Both the position numbers and the translations under genes were made by a program. Below are positions 19,668 through 27,953 of a DNA stretch of 64,000 bases, in pieces. Positions within the stretch are counted from its first letter, which is position 1. Every line of letters starts with the position of its first letter. The stretch lies in the IMG/VR virus record IMGVR_UViG_3300032038_000033, positions 32,001 to 96,000 of that record; one strand, written 5' to 3'. The DNA comes from a virus. Lineage: Duplodnaviria > Caudoviricetes. Under the pieces are notes generated by a model that saw only the letters and a list, made by a program, of their open reading frames with translations, was not told the DNA's origin and ran no database searches.

Positions 19668-20294
19668 ATGGTTAGAAAATTAATGATAAAAGAGAACATT
19701 AAAGTAAAGTCAAAATTAGCTAACATTATATTTAATGATGTTAAAAATAGTATTAGTAAAAAAATTAAATCATTAGGATATGATTTATTGGATGTCATTG
19801 AACTTGATAAAGATGTTACACGAAATACATCTAATTCATCAGATTGTTACATTAAATTTGATTTTAAAAGTACAGCAACTTCTGAGAGTTTTGAAACTAC
19901 TTATGATGTTCTTACTGATATAGTAGATAGATTGGATTTAAAATATAGTAAATATTGGTATAATGATTATGAATCCAGATTATATATAACTTGGGAATTT
20001 GAAACTTATGAAAATAATAATATGAAACCAGTTTATGGTTCATCACAACAGTGGTATGATAGTGACTGTTATTCATTATTAATTTGGATTTATGGTTTAT
20101 ATGATGTAGATGAGGAATTTGAGTCTGATACTGATGATGAACCTATTAGAGATATTTCAAACAAACACGAAGCCTATAGATGGTTACAAGATAAAATAGA
20201 TGAATATGGTGATGTATCATATTTTCCTTATAATGATAGATTGAAATTAAATAAATTGATTGATAGATTTGGTAATACTTATTTTTGGAGATAA
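19668..20294 (+). CDS. Tagged acidic protein (MVRKLMIKE)
   Basis: Tag; C-terminal AY.WLQDK..EYG...LIDRFGNTYFW module shared with 813..1229. Confidence 0.7.
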   Translation: MVRKLMIKENIKVKSKLANIIFNDVKNSISKKIKSLGYDLLDVIELDKDVTRNTSNSSDCYIKFDFKSTATSESFETTYDVLTDIVDRLDLKYSKYWYNDYESRLYITWEFETYENNNMKPVYGSSQQWYDSDCYSLLIWIYGLYDVDEEFESDTDDEPIRDISNKHEAYRWLQDKIDEYGDVSYFPYNDRLKLNKLIDRFGNTYFWR

Positions 20295-20304
20295 TAAATA
20301 ATAT

Positions 20305-20338
20305 AAAAAATACAAGTGTTTCACTTGTATTTTTTTTT
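20305..20338 (+). terminator. Intrinsic terminator
   Basis: AAAAAATACAAGTG/CACTTGTATTTTTT hairpin. Confidence 0.75.
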
Positions 20339-20450
20339 ACTTTGTAAATTTAATAATTTCTTTACAAATAAAATAAGTATTAGTAATAAATATATGTTAT
20401 ACTATAAGTGTACTAAGAAAGTAATTAAGTTATTTAAGGAGGAATTATAT

Positions 20451-20615
20451 ATGATGAGAAGATATTATAATACAGATTATATTGCTACATTAAATTTATA
20501 TTCTTCAATAGAAGAAGCTGAAAAAGAATTAGAGACAAAAGGTGAATTTTATTACTTAGTTCGAGTGTATGATAGCAAAACAAAATTGTTTTGTGGTTAT
20601 GGAGTTGAATATTAA
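20451..20615 (+). CDS. Small early hypothetical protein
   Basis: AAGGAGG RBS after dyad-box promoter. Confidence 0.55.
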   Translation: MMRRYYNTDYIATLNLYSSIEEAEKELETKGEFYYLVRVYDSKTKLFCGYGVEY

Positions 20616-20631
20616 TAAGGAGGAATTAATT

Positions 20632-20817
20632 ATGAAAGATTTAGCAATTAATAGGTATCTTAATGAAGATACAAGAAAACAGGGAATTGTTATTAATGGA
20701 GAAGTTTATTCACTTCATATTACACATAATAATGAAGTAATTATTACTGATAATCATGATTATACAATCATATATCAGATTACATCATTAGATTTTTGGA
20801 GAAATTGTTGCGAATAA
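20632..20817 (+). CDS. Small hypothetical protein
   Basis: AAGGAGG RBS. Confidence 0.55.
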   Translation: MKDLAINRYLNEDTRKQGIVINGEVYSLHITHNNEVIITDNHDYTIIYQITSLDFWRNCCE

Positions 20818-20838
20818 TGATTAGAGGAGGTTATTGGT

Positions 20839-21042
20839 ATGAAAGCATTTGTTTGTATTGTCGAAGATTATGAAGGTAATAAGACACCAAATCGTGTTTT
20901 TGCAGAAAATGAAATCGAAGCTCGTAATAAGTTGATAAAAATATTTCCTAAATGTTATGTAAGTAAGGCTGTTCGTTTTAAAGATTATGTATTAAATAAG
21001 GAAAATAAAAATAAGATTGTAAATATGTTTACAGAAGATTAA
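20839..21042 (+). CDS. Small hypothetical protein
   Basis: GAGGAGG RBS. Confidence 0.6.
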   Translation: MKAFVCIVEDYEGNKTPNRVFAENEIEARNKLIKIFPKCYVSKAVRFKDYVLNKENKNKIVNMFTED

Positions 21043-21045
21043 AAG

Positions 21046-21190
21046 TTATGCAGTGGCGGAATAGGTAGACGCTGATGAGGATGGGAAGATATACAATTGC
21101 CTGTGGCGACAGTGAGTTACAATATATAGTATGTAGCAAATAGCTGAAGTGAAAGTATATTATATGTGGTGCAAATCCACATCTGCATAA
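21046..21190 (+). ncRNA. tRNA-Leu-like RNA with a large insert replacing the anticodon arm
   Basis: TTATGCAG/CTGCATAA acceptor, GGCGGAATAGGTAGACGC D-arm, ATGTGG-TGCAAAT-CCACAT T-arm. Confidence 0.6.
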
Positions 21191-21230
21191 TATTTATAAA
21201 AAAGAAAATTACAGAAAGGATTTAAAAATT

Positions 21231-21434
21231 ATGAAAGAACAATGGCAGATAGAATTTGCAAGAAAAATTTGCAGGGAGCGTAAACTCAATTATAAAATAA
21301 AAGATGAGGCATTGTATCTGTTTGTGCCTCAGGCAGGTCATTATACGAGGTCGTGTTTTAGTTTACTTGATTATGATTCTAAAGAAGACATATTGGATAT
21401 GATAGTAAGAGAAATTTATACTTGGCAGATTTGA
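21231..21434 (+). CDS. Small hypothetical protein, identical copy at 40813..41016
   Basis: Identical 67-aa translation and DNA. Confidence 0.75.
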   Translation: MKEQWQIEFARKICRERKLNYKIKDEALYLFVPQAGHYTRSCFSLLDYDSKEDILDMIVREIYTWQI

Positions 21435-21455
21435 AGTGTAAGAAAGGATAAACTT

Positions 21456-21740
21456 ATGACTATAAAGAAATTTGTAAAATTATTTGATAAGAAATCTATT
21501 GAAAAAGGTTTAGAATTTTATGTTGTTGCCAATAATTCACTACAGAACATATATCTAAAACTTACACCAGAAGTTATTAAATCATTCATTGGCAAAATAG
21601 AAATTGACAACAATTCTATTTTTCTCCTTGATGAAGTTGTAACTGGTATTGTGATTCCTATTGATATGCACGCAGCAACATTAGTTTCTTTAAAGCAGTT
21701 TGATAAAGATGATTGGATTGAATGTACTTTGAAAGGATGA
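21456..21740 (+). CDS. Hypothetical protein
   Basis: ORF with RBS. Confidence 0.55.
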   Translation: MTIKKFVKLFDKKSIEKGLEFYVVANNSLQNIYLKLTPEVIKSFIGKIEIDNNSIFLLDEVVTGIVIPIDMHAATLVSLKQFDKDDWIECTLKG

Positions 21741-22336
21741 TTTTAGTTTTGAATAATAAAAAAGAATATATAATAGTTTTAATAGTATTTATACTTATGG
21801 TATTTGTCATATCAATAATAGCTATTAAAAATAGTGGTACTAATATTACTGATAATAAAGTAGATAGTAATACCACTACTACCATCACTACCACAGATAC
21901 TAAAGAAACTACTACGACAACTACCCCTAAAGTTACTACAACTACTACTAAAGCTACTACCAAGAAAAAGAAGAAAACTACTACAACTACAACTACAACC
22001 ACGACAACTCCTATAGAAGCTACTACAACTACTGAATATATTGAAACATATTATGCAGAATATTCTCCTTATGATTTACAAACTATGGGTGTTATTTATT
22101 GGGGCAATTATAGATATACTTATTATAGTGAACTTGTATTGCCTGGATATGGACTTGACATTGACGGTAGACACATTGATGAAAATGGATTTGTATGTGA
22201 TGGTAATGGCTATATATGTGTAGCTTCAAGTGCTTTGGAGTGGGGAACTATTGTAGATACTCCATTCGGAAAGCAAGGTAAAGTGTATGATAGTGGTTGT
22301 GCTTATGATACGATAGATATTTATGTACATTGGTAA
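21722..22336 (+). CDS. Membrane-anchored 3D-domain-like cell-wall protein with Thr-rich linker
   Basis: TM helix, poly-Thr linker, ICVAS..L..GT.V.TPFG..G.V.DSG....IDIY. Confidence 0.65.
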   Translation: MYFERMILVLNNKKEYIIVLIVFILMVFVISIIAIKNSGTNITDNKVDSNTTTTITTTDTKETTTTTTPKVTTTTTKATTKKKKKTTTTTTTTTTTPIEATTTTEYIETYYAEYSPYDLQTMGVIYWGNYRYTYYSELVLPGYGLDIDGRHIDENGFVCDGNGYICVASSALEWGTIVDTPFGKQGKVYDSGCAYDTIDIYVHW

Positions 22337-22482
22337 CTAAAAATTTAATAGTTTTAACAATATAAGTTCTACAATTTATATGTAGAACTTATATTTATTT
22401 ATACTTAATTTACAAAATTACATATATTTATTAATACGATATGTGTTATAATGTAATTATACAATTAAAAGGGGTATATTTT

Positions 22483-23130
22483 ATGAAGATAGGATTAAAT
22501 GATATAAATAAAACATATTATGCCGTTAGAAAAGGTTATAATCCTGGCATATATGATAATTGGGAAGATTGTAAAAAGCAAATACATAAATATAGTGGAG
22601 CAGAGTATAAGAAATTTAAAAATAAAGTTGATGCTGAAAATTTTATTAAGGGTATTGAATTTAATAATGATATTAGTGATATAGATACTACTAATTATTA
22701 TAAAGCATATACTGACGGTAGTTGTGATAGAGATAATGGTATATTTTCTTATGGCTTTGTTATACTTGATAATAATGATTTTGTTATTACAAGATGCTAT
22801 CAAGGATATGAAAATAGCGAGTTTAAAGAACACGCTAATATTTCTGGTGAGTGTTTTGGTGTTCTTAAAGCATTGAAATATTGTGTTAAAAACAATATTA
22901 GCAATATTATTATATATCATGATTATTTAGGTGTATCTCAGTGGGCTAATGATTTGTGGCAAACTAATACACCTATATCTAAGTATTATAAAGCAGAAAT
23001 AGATAAATTTCGTGATAAACTTAATTTTAAATTTGTGTGGGTAAGAGGACATCAAGGTAATAGGTACAATGAGCAGGCTGACCAATTAGCTAAGTTAGGA
23101 CTTAAAAATTTTACTCAATCTTTCCTTTAA
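22483..23130 (+). CDS. rnhA: Ribonuclease HI with N-terminal hybrid-binding domain
   Basis: YYAVRKG..PGIY..W..C; YTDGS, GEC, YHDY.G, WVRGH.G..YNE.AD. Confidence 0.9.
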   Translation: MKIGLNDINKTYYAVRKGYNPGIYDNWEDCKKQIHKYSGAEYKKFKNKVDAENFIKGIEFNNDISDIDTTNYYKAYTDGSCDRDNGIFSYGFVILDNNDFVITRCYQGYENSEFKEHANISGECFGVLKALKYCVKNNISNIIIYHDYLGVSQWANDLWQTNTPISKYYKAEIDKFRDKLNFKFVWVRGHQGNRYNEQADQLAKLGLKNFTQSFL

Positions 23131-23146
23131 AGGAGATTAATAGAAA

Positions 23147-23725
23147 ATGTATGTAATACAATATACAGACGGCAAATATGTCAAGAAAACAGCTACTAAA
23201 GTAACAATGACTTTCAATGAACATATTGCCGATAGATTTAGGACTGTTGAAGAAGCAAATAAGTTTATAGACAATTATATTTCCAAGAAACGGCGTAGAA
23301 GTTTTGTAATTCAAGAATCCACAATTAAAGATGAACAAATTATTTTGAAGCCTACTAAAAATATTCGTAATTCTACAATCTATGAGAAATTAGAGGATAT
23401 GATTAATAATTGTATAGAGAATGAACTTGTAAAACTTGAAAATAAGATTGCAAGATATGATGATATGATACTTGACATTAGACATTATATTCGGGATAAA
23501 AATACAAAATTAAATACAGTTTACGGCTATAAAATCATTAAACTTATGCAGGATATAGAAAGAAAGAGATTAGATTGCAAATATGAAATTGCCCGAATAG
23601 AGCAATTAAAATCCAGACTTGTAACAGATTTAAATAAATTTGATAAGTTTGAGTTTGAAGAATACAAGCCGAGAGTAATAACCAATATTGATGATTATAT
23701 TAACGGTAATAAAGAAATTGAATAA
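23147..23725 (+). CDS. Hypothetical protein
   Basis: ORF with RBS. Confidence 0.6.
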   Translation: MYVIQYTDGKYVKKTATKVTMTFNEHIADRFRTVEEANKFIDNYISKKRRRSFVIQESTIKDEQIILKPTKNIRNSTIYEKLEDMINNCIENELVKLENKIARYDDMILDIRHYIRDKNTKLNTVYGYKIIKLMQDIERKRLDCKYEIARIEQLKSRLVTDLNKFDKFEFEEYKPRVITNIDDYINGNKEIE

Positions 23726-23744
23726 GAAAGGATTGAATTATTTT

Positions 23745-24086
23745 ATGAAAACTTTATTGTTAGATACATCAACAAAAATTGCTTATGGAAGTTGTAACTG
23801 TGATTATTGTGGAGAAACAATAATTCCCGGTATGTATTTTGTAAGTGATATTGTGGAAAGGCATAATGATGACGGTAGTGTGGATTGTTATGATTTTAAT
23901 TCCCATATTTCTTGTAATGGAATAGCTCAAACTTATTGGGATGAAATTACTAAAAATGATACTAAAGAAATGAATATTACTACATTTATTCAAGGTATAA
24001 ACAGAATTTGTAGAGAAAGAAAACTTTGTGGACATTCCATACCTTTTGACTTAAAACTTGCAAGAGTTTATGAAACAATTTATTGA
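23745..24086 (+). CDS. Hypothetical Zn-finger protein
   Basis: CDYCG ... HISC. Confidence 0.55.
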   Translation: MKTLLLDTSTKIAYGSCNCDYCGETIIPGMYFVSDIVERHNDDGSVDCYDFNSHISCNGIAQTYWDEITKNDTKEMNITTFIQGINRICRERKLCGHSIPFDLKLARVYETIY

Positions 24087-24252
24087 GGAATATTTTTATG
24101 ATTGTGTTAGTTGTAATTGTTGCTATTTTAGTTTTTATAGCATTTTCTTTTATGATACATTTACTGGTTGTTGCCAATAAAAGAACAGAGGGAGCTATAC
24201 AAAGAGCTAAAGAAACAAAAATAGATTATGAAGAATTAGATAAATTTTTTTA

Positions 24253-24825
24253 ATGAGGAAAGGAAAGATGATACTAATGTATAAGAAATTAAGAGAATGG
24301 ATAAAGTATAATTCAGATAAGGCAGTTGATATAAAATTATCTAACATAGATATAGTATACGATATACACCAAACAGGTAAGTTTAAGCCTTCTGAATCTA
24401 TGTATACTAAAGTATTACCTTGTGTTGTTAAGCAAAATGGTGATAGATATATTCTTATTGCTAACTGGTATGCTTATACATATTTCCGCTATCTTAATTT
24501 ACTTAACACTAAGATAAAGTGTATTATTGTAAATCGAGATAGAGATGATTTCTTTAATTATATAGAAAATCTTTCTTATTATCAAACTTCTGTTAAGATG
24601 AATATAAATGATATTATAATCCCGAAAGATTTTATTACTCATAAGCCGAAAGATAGTAAAATAAATAGTGTTATTAATTATTATAATAAATATAAGATAA
24701 TGGATAAGAGCTTGTGTGTAAATCCTGATAATGTTCTTATGAACGGTTATATAAGATATTTAGCTTTTGTTAAGTTAGGAGTTAAAGAAGTTACAGTAGA
24801 AAAAACTTTTGTAGAGGAGAAGTAA
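24253..24825 (+). CDS. ParB-like domain protein
   Basis: INDIIIP..F..P...K ... LMNGYIRYLA...LG...V. Confidence 0.5.
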   Translation: MRKGKMILMYKKLREWIKYNSDKAVDIKLSNIDIVYDIHQTGKFKPSESMYTKVLPCVVKQNGDRYILIANWYAYTYFRYLNLLNTKIKCIIVNRDRDDFFNYIENLSYYQTSVKMNINDIIIPKDFITHKPKDSKINSVINYYNKYKIMDKSLCVNPDNVLMNGYIRYLAFVKLGVKEVTVEKTFVEEK

Positions 24826-24834
24826 AGCGGTTAG

Positions 24835-25131
24835 ATGAATACAGCTATGATGGTTTTAATTGCAGTTATTTTAGTTCCAGCGTTTATATCTTTTTCTATT
24901 ATCTTAGCATTAGTATTATTATCTTTAAAGAAGTTACCTTCAATGTATAAGTTTTCTTTTAAGTTGCTGAATGATTGTGCTAAAAACATTCTTCTTGATA
25001 TTTTTGGATGTCGGCAGAACTTCATAATTATTCTAAGTCCAATCGTAAATATTTTGGTTTTAATTCTACTTATATTCGACATAACTTATTTTTATAAACT
25101 TACAAAAAGGTACATTATCAATAAGGGGTGA
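24835..25131 (+). CDS. Small membrane protein
   Basis: Two hydrophobic segments. Confidence 0.5.
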   Translation: MNTAMMVLIAVILVPAFISFSIILALVLLSLKKLPSMYKFSFKLLNDCAKNILLDIFGCRQNFIIILSPIVNILVLILLIFDITYFYKLTKRYIINKG

Positions 25132-25439
25132 TTGCTATGAAAGATGAAATTGTCGAATTTATTAATAAAAGATTTAAAGACAAAGATTGTGATTGGATGA
25201 ATGGTAATTGTTATTATTTTGCTTTAATTCTGCACGATAGATTTCCTGAAACTAAAATAGTTTATGATACATTGGAAGGTCATTTTCTTATTTTAGATAG
25301 TGATACTTCTAATCTTTTCCCTCTCTACGATTATAAGGGTAAGCATATGATAAATGGTCGTCATTTAATTGTCTGGGATAGATTTGACGAATATGACCCA
25401 CTACTAAAGAAAAGAATTGAAAGGGATTGTTTACTATGA
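25128..25439 (+). CDS. Hypothetical protein (GNCYYFA / GHF motifs)
   Basis: Cys and His motifs reminiscent of small papain-like phage proteins. Confidence 0.55.
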   Translation: MIAMKDEIVEFINKRFKDKDCDWMNGNCYYFALILHDRFPETKIVYDTLEGHFLILDSDTSNLFPLYDYKGKHMINGRHLIVWDRFDEYDPLLKKRIERDCLL

Positions 25440-25678
25440 ATGTGTTTAAAAGATTATTTTGTAAACACCAGAACAAAATCTGCATAACTAATTTTCACGG
25501 AGATGTGATACATTGGGTTAGTTATGGAAATAAAATTATAAGAAGTGCTTGGACTTGTAAAGATTGTGGCAAGATTATTTATAGCGAATACTTAGAGCCA
25601 AGCTGTAATGTTATTAACTGGAATTTAACTTGGAATGAAGAAGGACATTTGGTCGATATGAGAAAGGAAAACAAATGA
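25427..25678 (+). CDS. Small Zn-ribbon protein
   Basis: FCKH ... CKDCGK. Confidence 0.55.
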   Translation: MFTMNVFKRLFCKHQNKICITNFHGDVIHWVSYGNKIIRSAWTCKDCGKIIYSEYLEPSCNVINWNLTWNEEGHLVDMRKENK

Positions 25679-26124
25679 TAAAGCCTGCTGTATTGTATGA
25701 AGAAGAATTAACTAAAAAATTAAGAGAAACGTGGTATGATGAAAAATATAAATACTATCATTTCGGTAATTTCTTTACAGATTTTGATATTGTAAAAGAT
25801 ACATTCAATAATCATCAATTTGTTTCTGTAGATAAGAATGATAATATTTTAGGTTATTTTAGCTACGGCGTTGATAGAGTAGCTTACAATGCAAATGAAT
25901 TTGGTATTATAGCATTTGAAAATTATTCTTTGACTTTCGGTAAAGACTTACATCAAGTGTTTGATGATATTTTTATAAAATATAATCTTAATAAAGTTAC
26001 TTTTTTCTGTGTTGTTGGAAATCCTATTATGCCCTATTATATAAAGATGATAAATAAGTTAGGTGGCAGATACATAGGAGAATACAAAAATCACGTTAAA
26101 TTGATGGACGGCAAAATTTATGAT
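25675..26124 (+). pseudogene. RimJ/RimL-type GNAT acetyltransferase, N-terminal part interrupted by an IscB element
   Basis: NLNKV.F..V.GN...Y.K.GG..IG....H...DGKIYD then element sequence; C-terminus resumes at 27693. Confidence 0.7.
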
Positions 26125-26398
26125 ACCCTCAATAACACATAAAATGTGTTAGTATTATTAATATTTTTAATAATACTTAGGGTATTAGCCTAAGTCTTGA
26201 AATAAAGACTACGTTATTTAAGAATGATATAGTTACCTTGGAATGTTTAGCCAAGTTCCAAGCTCTAAGGCTATTGTTTAAACAATCTTATAATTGTAGA
26301 GATAGTGATGATAGTAAAAACCTTAAATAACATTGGCGATGGCTACATTACAGTATTTTTAGATACTGAATTACTTAATTATAAGTTAGGAAGATTTT
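26125..26398 (+). ncRNA. omegaRNA (HEARO-type) scaffold of IscB element 1
   Basis: TAGCCTAAGTC..GACTACGTT..ACCTTGGAATG..CCAAGTTCCAAGCTCTAAGG..AACATTGGCGATGG directly upstream of iscB. Confidence 0.8.
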
Positions 26399-27646
26399 AT
26401 GGTGGTTTATGTTTTAGATATTGAGGGTAAACCTTTAATGCCTACTACAAGATTTGGCAAAGTAAGAAGAATGTTGAAAAATAAAGAAGCTAAGGTAGTT
26501 AAAAGAGAACCTTTTACTATTCAACTTCTTTATAAATCAACTATTTATACACAGCCTATAAATCTTGGTGTTGATGCTGGTAGTAAGACTATTGGTATTT
26601 CTGCTACTACTTCTGATAAAGAATTATTTTGTGCAGAAGTAAAATTAAGAAATGATATAGTTAATTTAATTGTTACAAAAAGAGAAGCAAGAAGAAATAG
26701 ACGTAATAGAAAAACAAGATATCGTAAGGCAAGATTTAATAATAGAATTAGTACGAAGAAAGAAGGTTGGTTAGCTCCTTCTATTCAAAATAAGATTAAT
26801 TCACATCTTACGATAATTGACAAAATAACAAAAATATTGCCGATTACAAATATTATAGTTGAAGTAGCTTCATTTGATATTCAGAAAATTAAAAATTCTA
26901 ACATTCAAAGTAAAGAATATCAAGAAGGTGAACAACTTAGTTTTTGGAATGTTCGGGAATATGTTTTGTTTCGTGATAAGCATATCTGTCAATGTTGTAA
27001 AGGTAAATCAAAAGATAAGATACTTAATGTTCATCATATTGAAAGTAGAAAAACTGGTGGAAATGCCCCAAACAATTTAATTACTTTATGCGAAACTTGT
27101 CATACTAATTATCATAAAGGAAAAATTAATTTACCTAAGAATATAAAGCGTGGTATAAGTTTTAAAGACGCTACTTTTATGGGAATTATGCGTTGGGCTT
27201 TCTATAATAAATTAAAAGAAATTTATACAAATATAAAAATGACTTTTGGCTATATTACTAAAAATATAAGAATTAATAATAATTTGCCAAAAGAACATTA
27301 TATTGATGCAAGATGTATAAGCGGAAATCCATTAGCTAAATCATTAGGAATTTGTTATAAATATAAAAAAGTTAGATGTCATAATAGACAAATACATAAA
27401 TTTGTTCCTAACAAGAAAGGTATAAGACAAGCTAATCAAGCATCTTATAAAGTATTTGGTTTTAGACTTAATGATAAAGTTTTATATAAAGGTCAAGTTT
27501 GTTTTATTAATGGTAGAAGACAAAGTGGTTATTTTAGTTTAAGAGATATTGATAACAATAAGATTGGAAATGATAATGTTTCTCATAAAAAGTTAAAATT
27601 TTTAGAACACAAAAAATCTTTACTTTGTCAATCTATTGTAATTTAA
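26399..27646 (+). CDS. iscB: RNA-guided endonuclease IscB
   Basis: PLMP, GVDAG RuvC-I, RRNRR, EVASFD, HHI..NLITLCETCH HNH, HYIDA RuvC-III. Confidence 0.95.
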   Translation: MVVYVLDIEGKPLMPTTRFGKVRRMLKNKEAKVVKREPFTIQLLYKSTIYTQPINLGVDAGSKTIGISATTSDKELFCAEVKLRNDIVNLIVTKREARRNRRNRKTRYRKARFNNRISTKKEGWLAPSIQNKINSHLTIIDKITKILPITNIIVEVASFDIQKIKNSNIQSKEYQEGEQLSFWNVREYVLFRDKHICQCCKGKSKDKILNVHHIESRKTGGNAPNNLITLCETCHTNYHKGKINLPKNIKRGISFKDATFMGIMRWAFYNKLKEIYTNIKMTFGYITKNIRINNNLPKEHYIDARCISGNPLAKSLGICYKYKKVRCHNRQIHKFVPNKKGIRQANQASYKVFGFRLNDKVLYKGQVCFINGRRQSGYFSLRDIDNNKIGNDNVSHKKLKFLEHKKSLLCQSIVI

Positions 27647-27692
27647 TATTTGTTAAAATTTATATTAATTATATTAGAAGGTGAATAAAAAT

Positions 27693-27779
27693 GTGTACAA
27701 TGTAGCTTTATTTGAATTGCTTAAAGAAGATTATCTTAAAAATAAGAAGATTATCGTAAAAATCCCCGTTTGTAAATAA
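27693..27779 (+). pseudogene. Displaced C-terminal fragment of the GNAT gene
   Basis: VYNVALFELLKEDY... completes the GNAT DG.YYD...Y.IL..E C-terminal motif; AAGGTG RBS 9 nt before GTG. Confidence 0.6.
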
Positions 27780-27889
27780 ATTAGCATTTTTAAAATATTA
27801 CTATAAAAATAATAGTTTAAAACCTATTGTACATAGATTATAAAATAGTAGTTGTGATAACTACTAATATTACATTTAAAGATTTCAAT

Positions 27890-27938
27890 ATACAATATGT
27901 TGTGTGTTGAAATCTTAAAATTACTACATATATAGAAA
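27890..27938 (+). promoter_or_regulatory. Putative tandem NrdR boxes
   Basis: ATACAATATGTTGTGT and ACTACATATATAG about 33 bp apart just upstream of nrdD. Confidence 0.5.
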
Positions 27939-27953
27939 GGTTGGTAATTTGTT

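Larger units (their letters stand above)
26125..27692 (+). mobile_element. Non-autonomous IS200/IS605-family IscB element (ends approximate)
   Basis: omegaRNA plus iscB inserted in the GNAT gene; no tnpA. Confidence 0.75.

Noticed and set aside
21046-21190. tmRNA
   Set aside because: Too short, Leu-type D-arm, no G3-U70 Ala determinant and no encoded CCA.
21658-22002. Val-rich minus-strand ORF and other short minus-strand or nested ORFs
   Set aside because: Antisense to the poly-Thr linker or to well-supported plus-strand genes; no RBS support.
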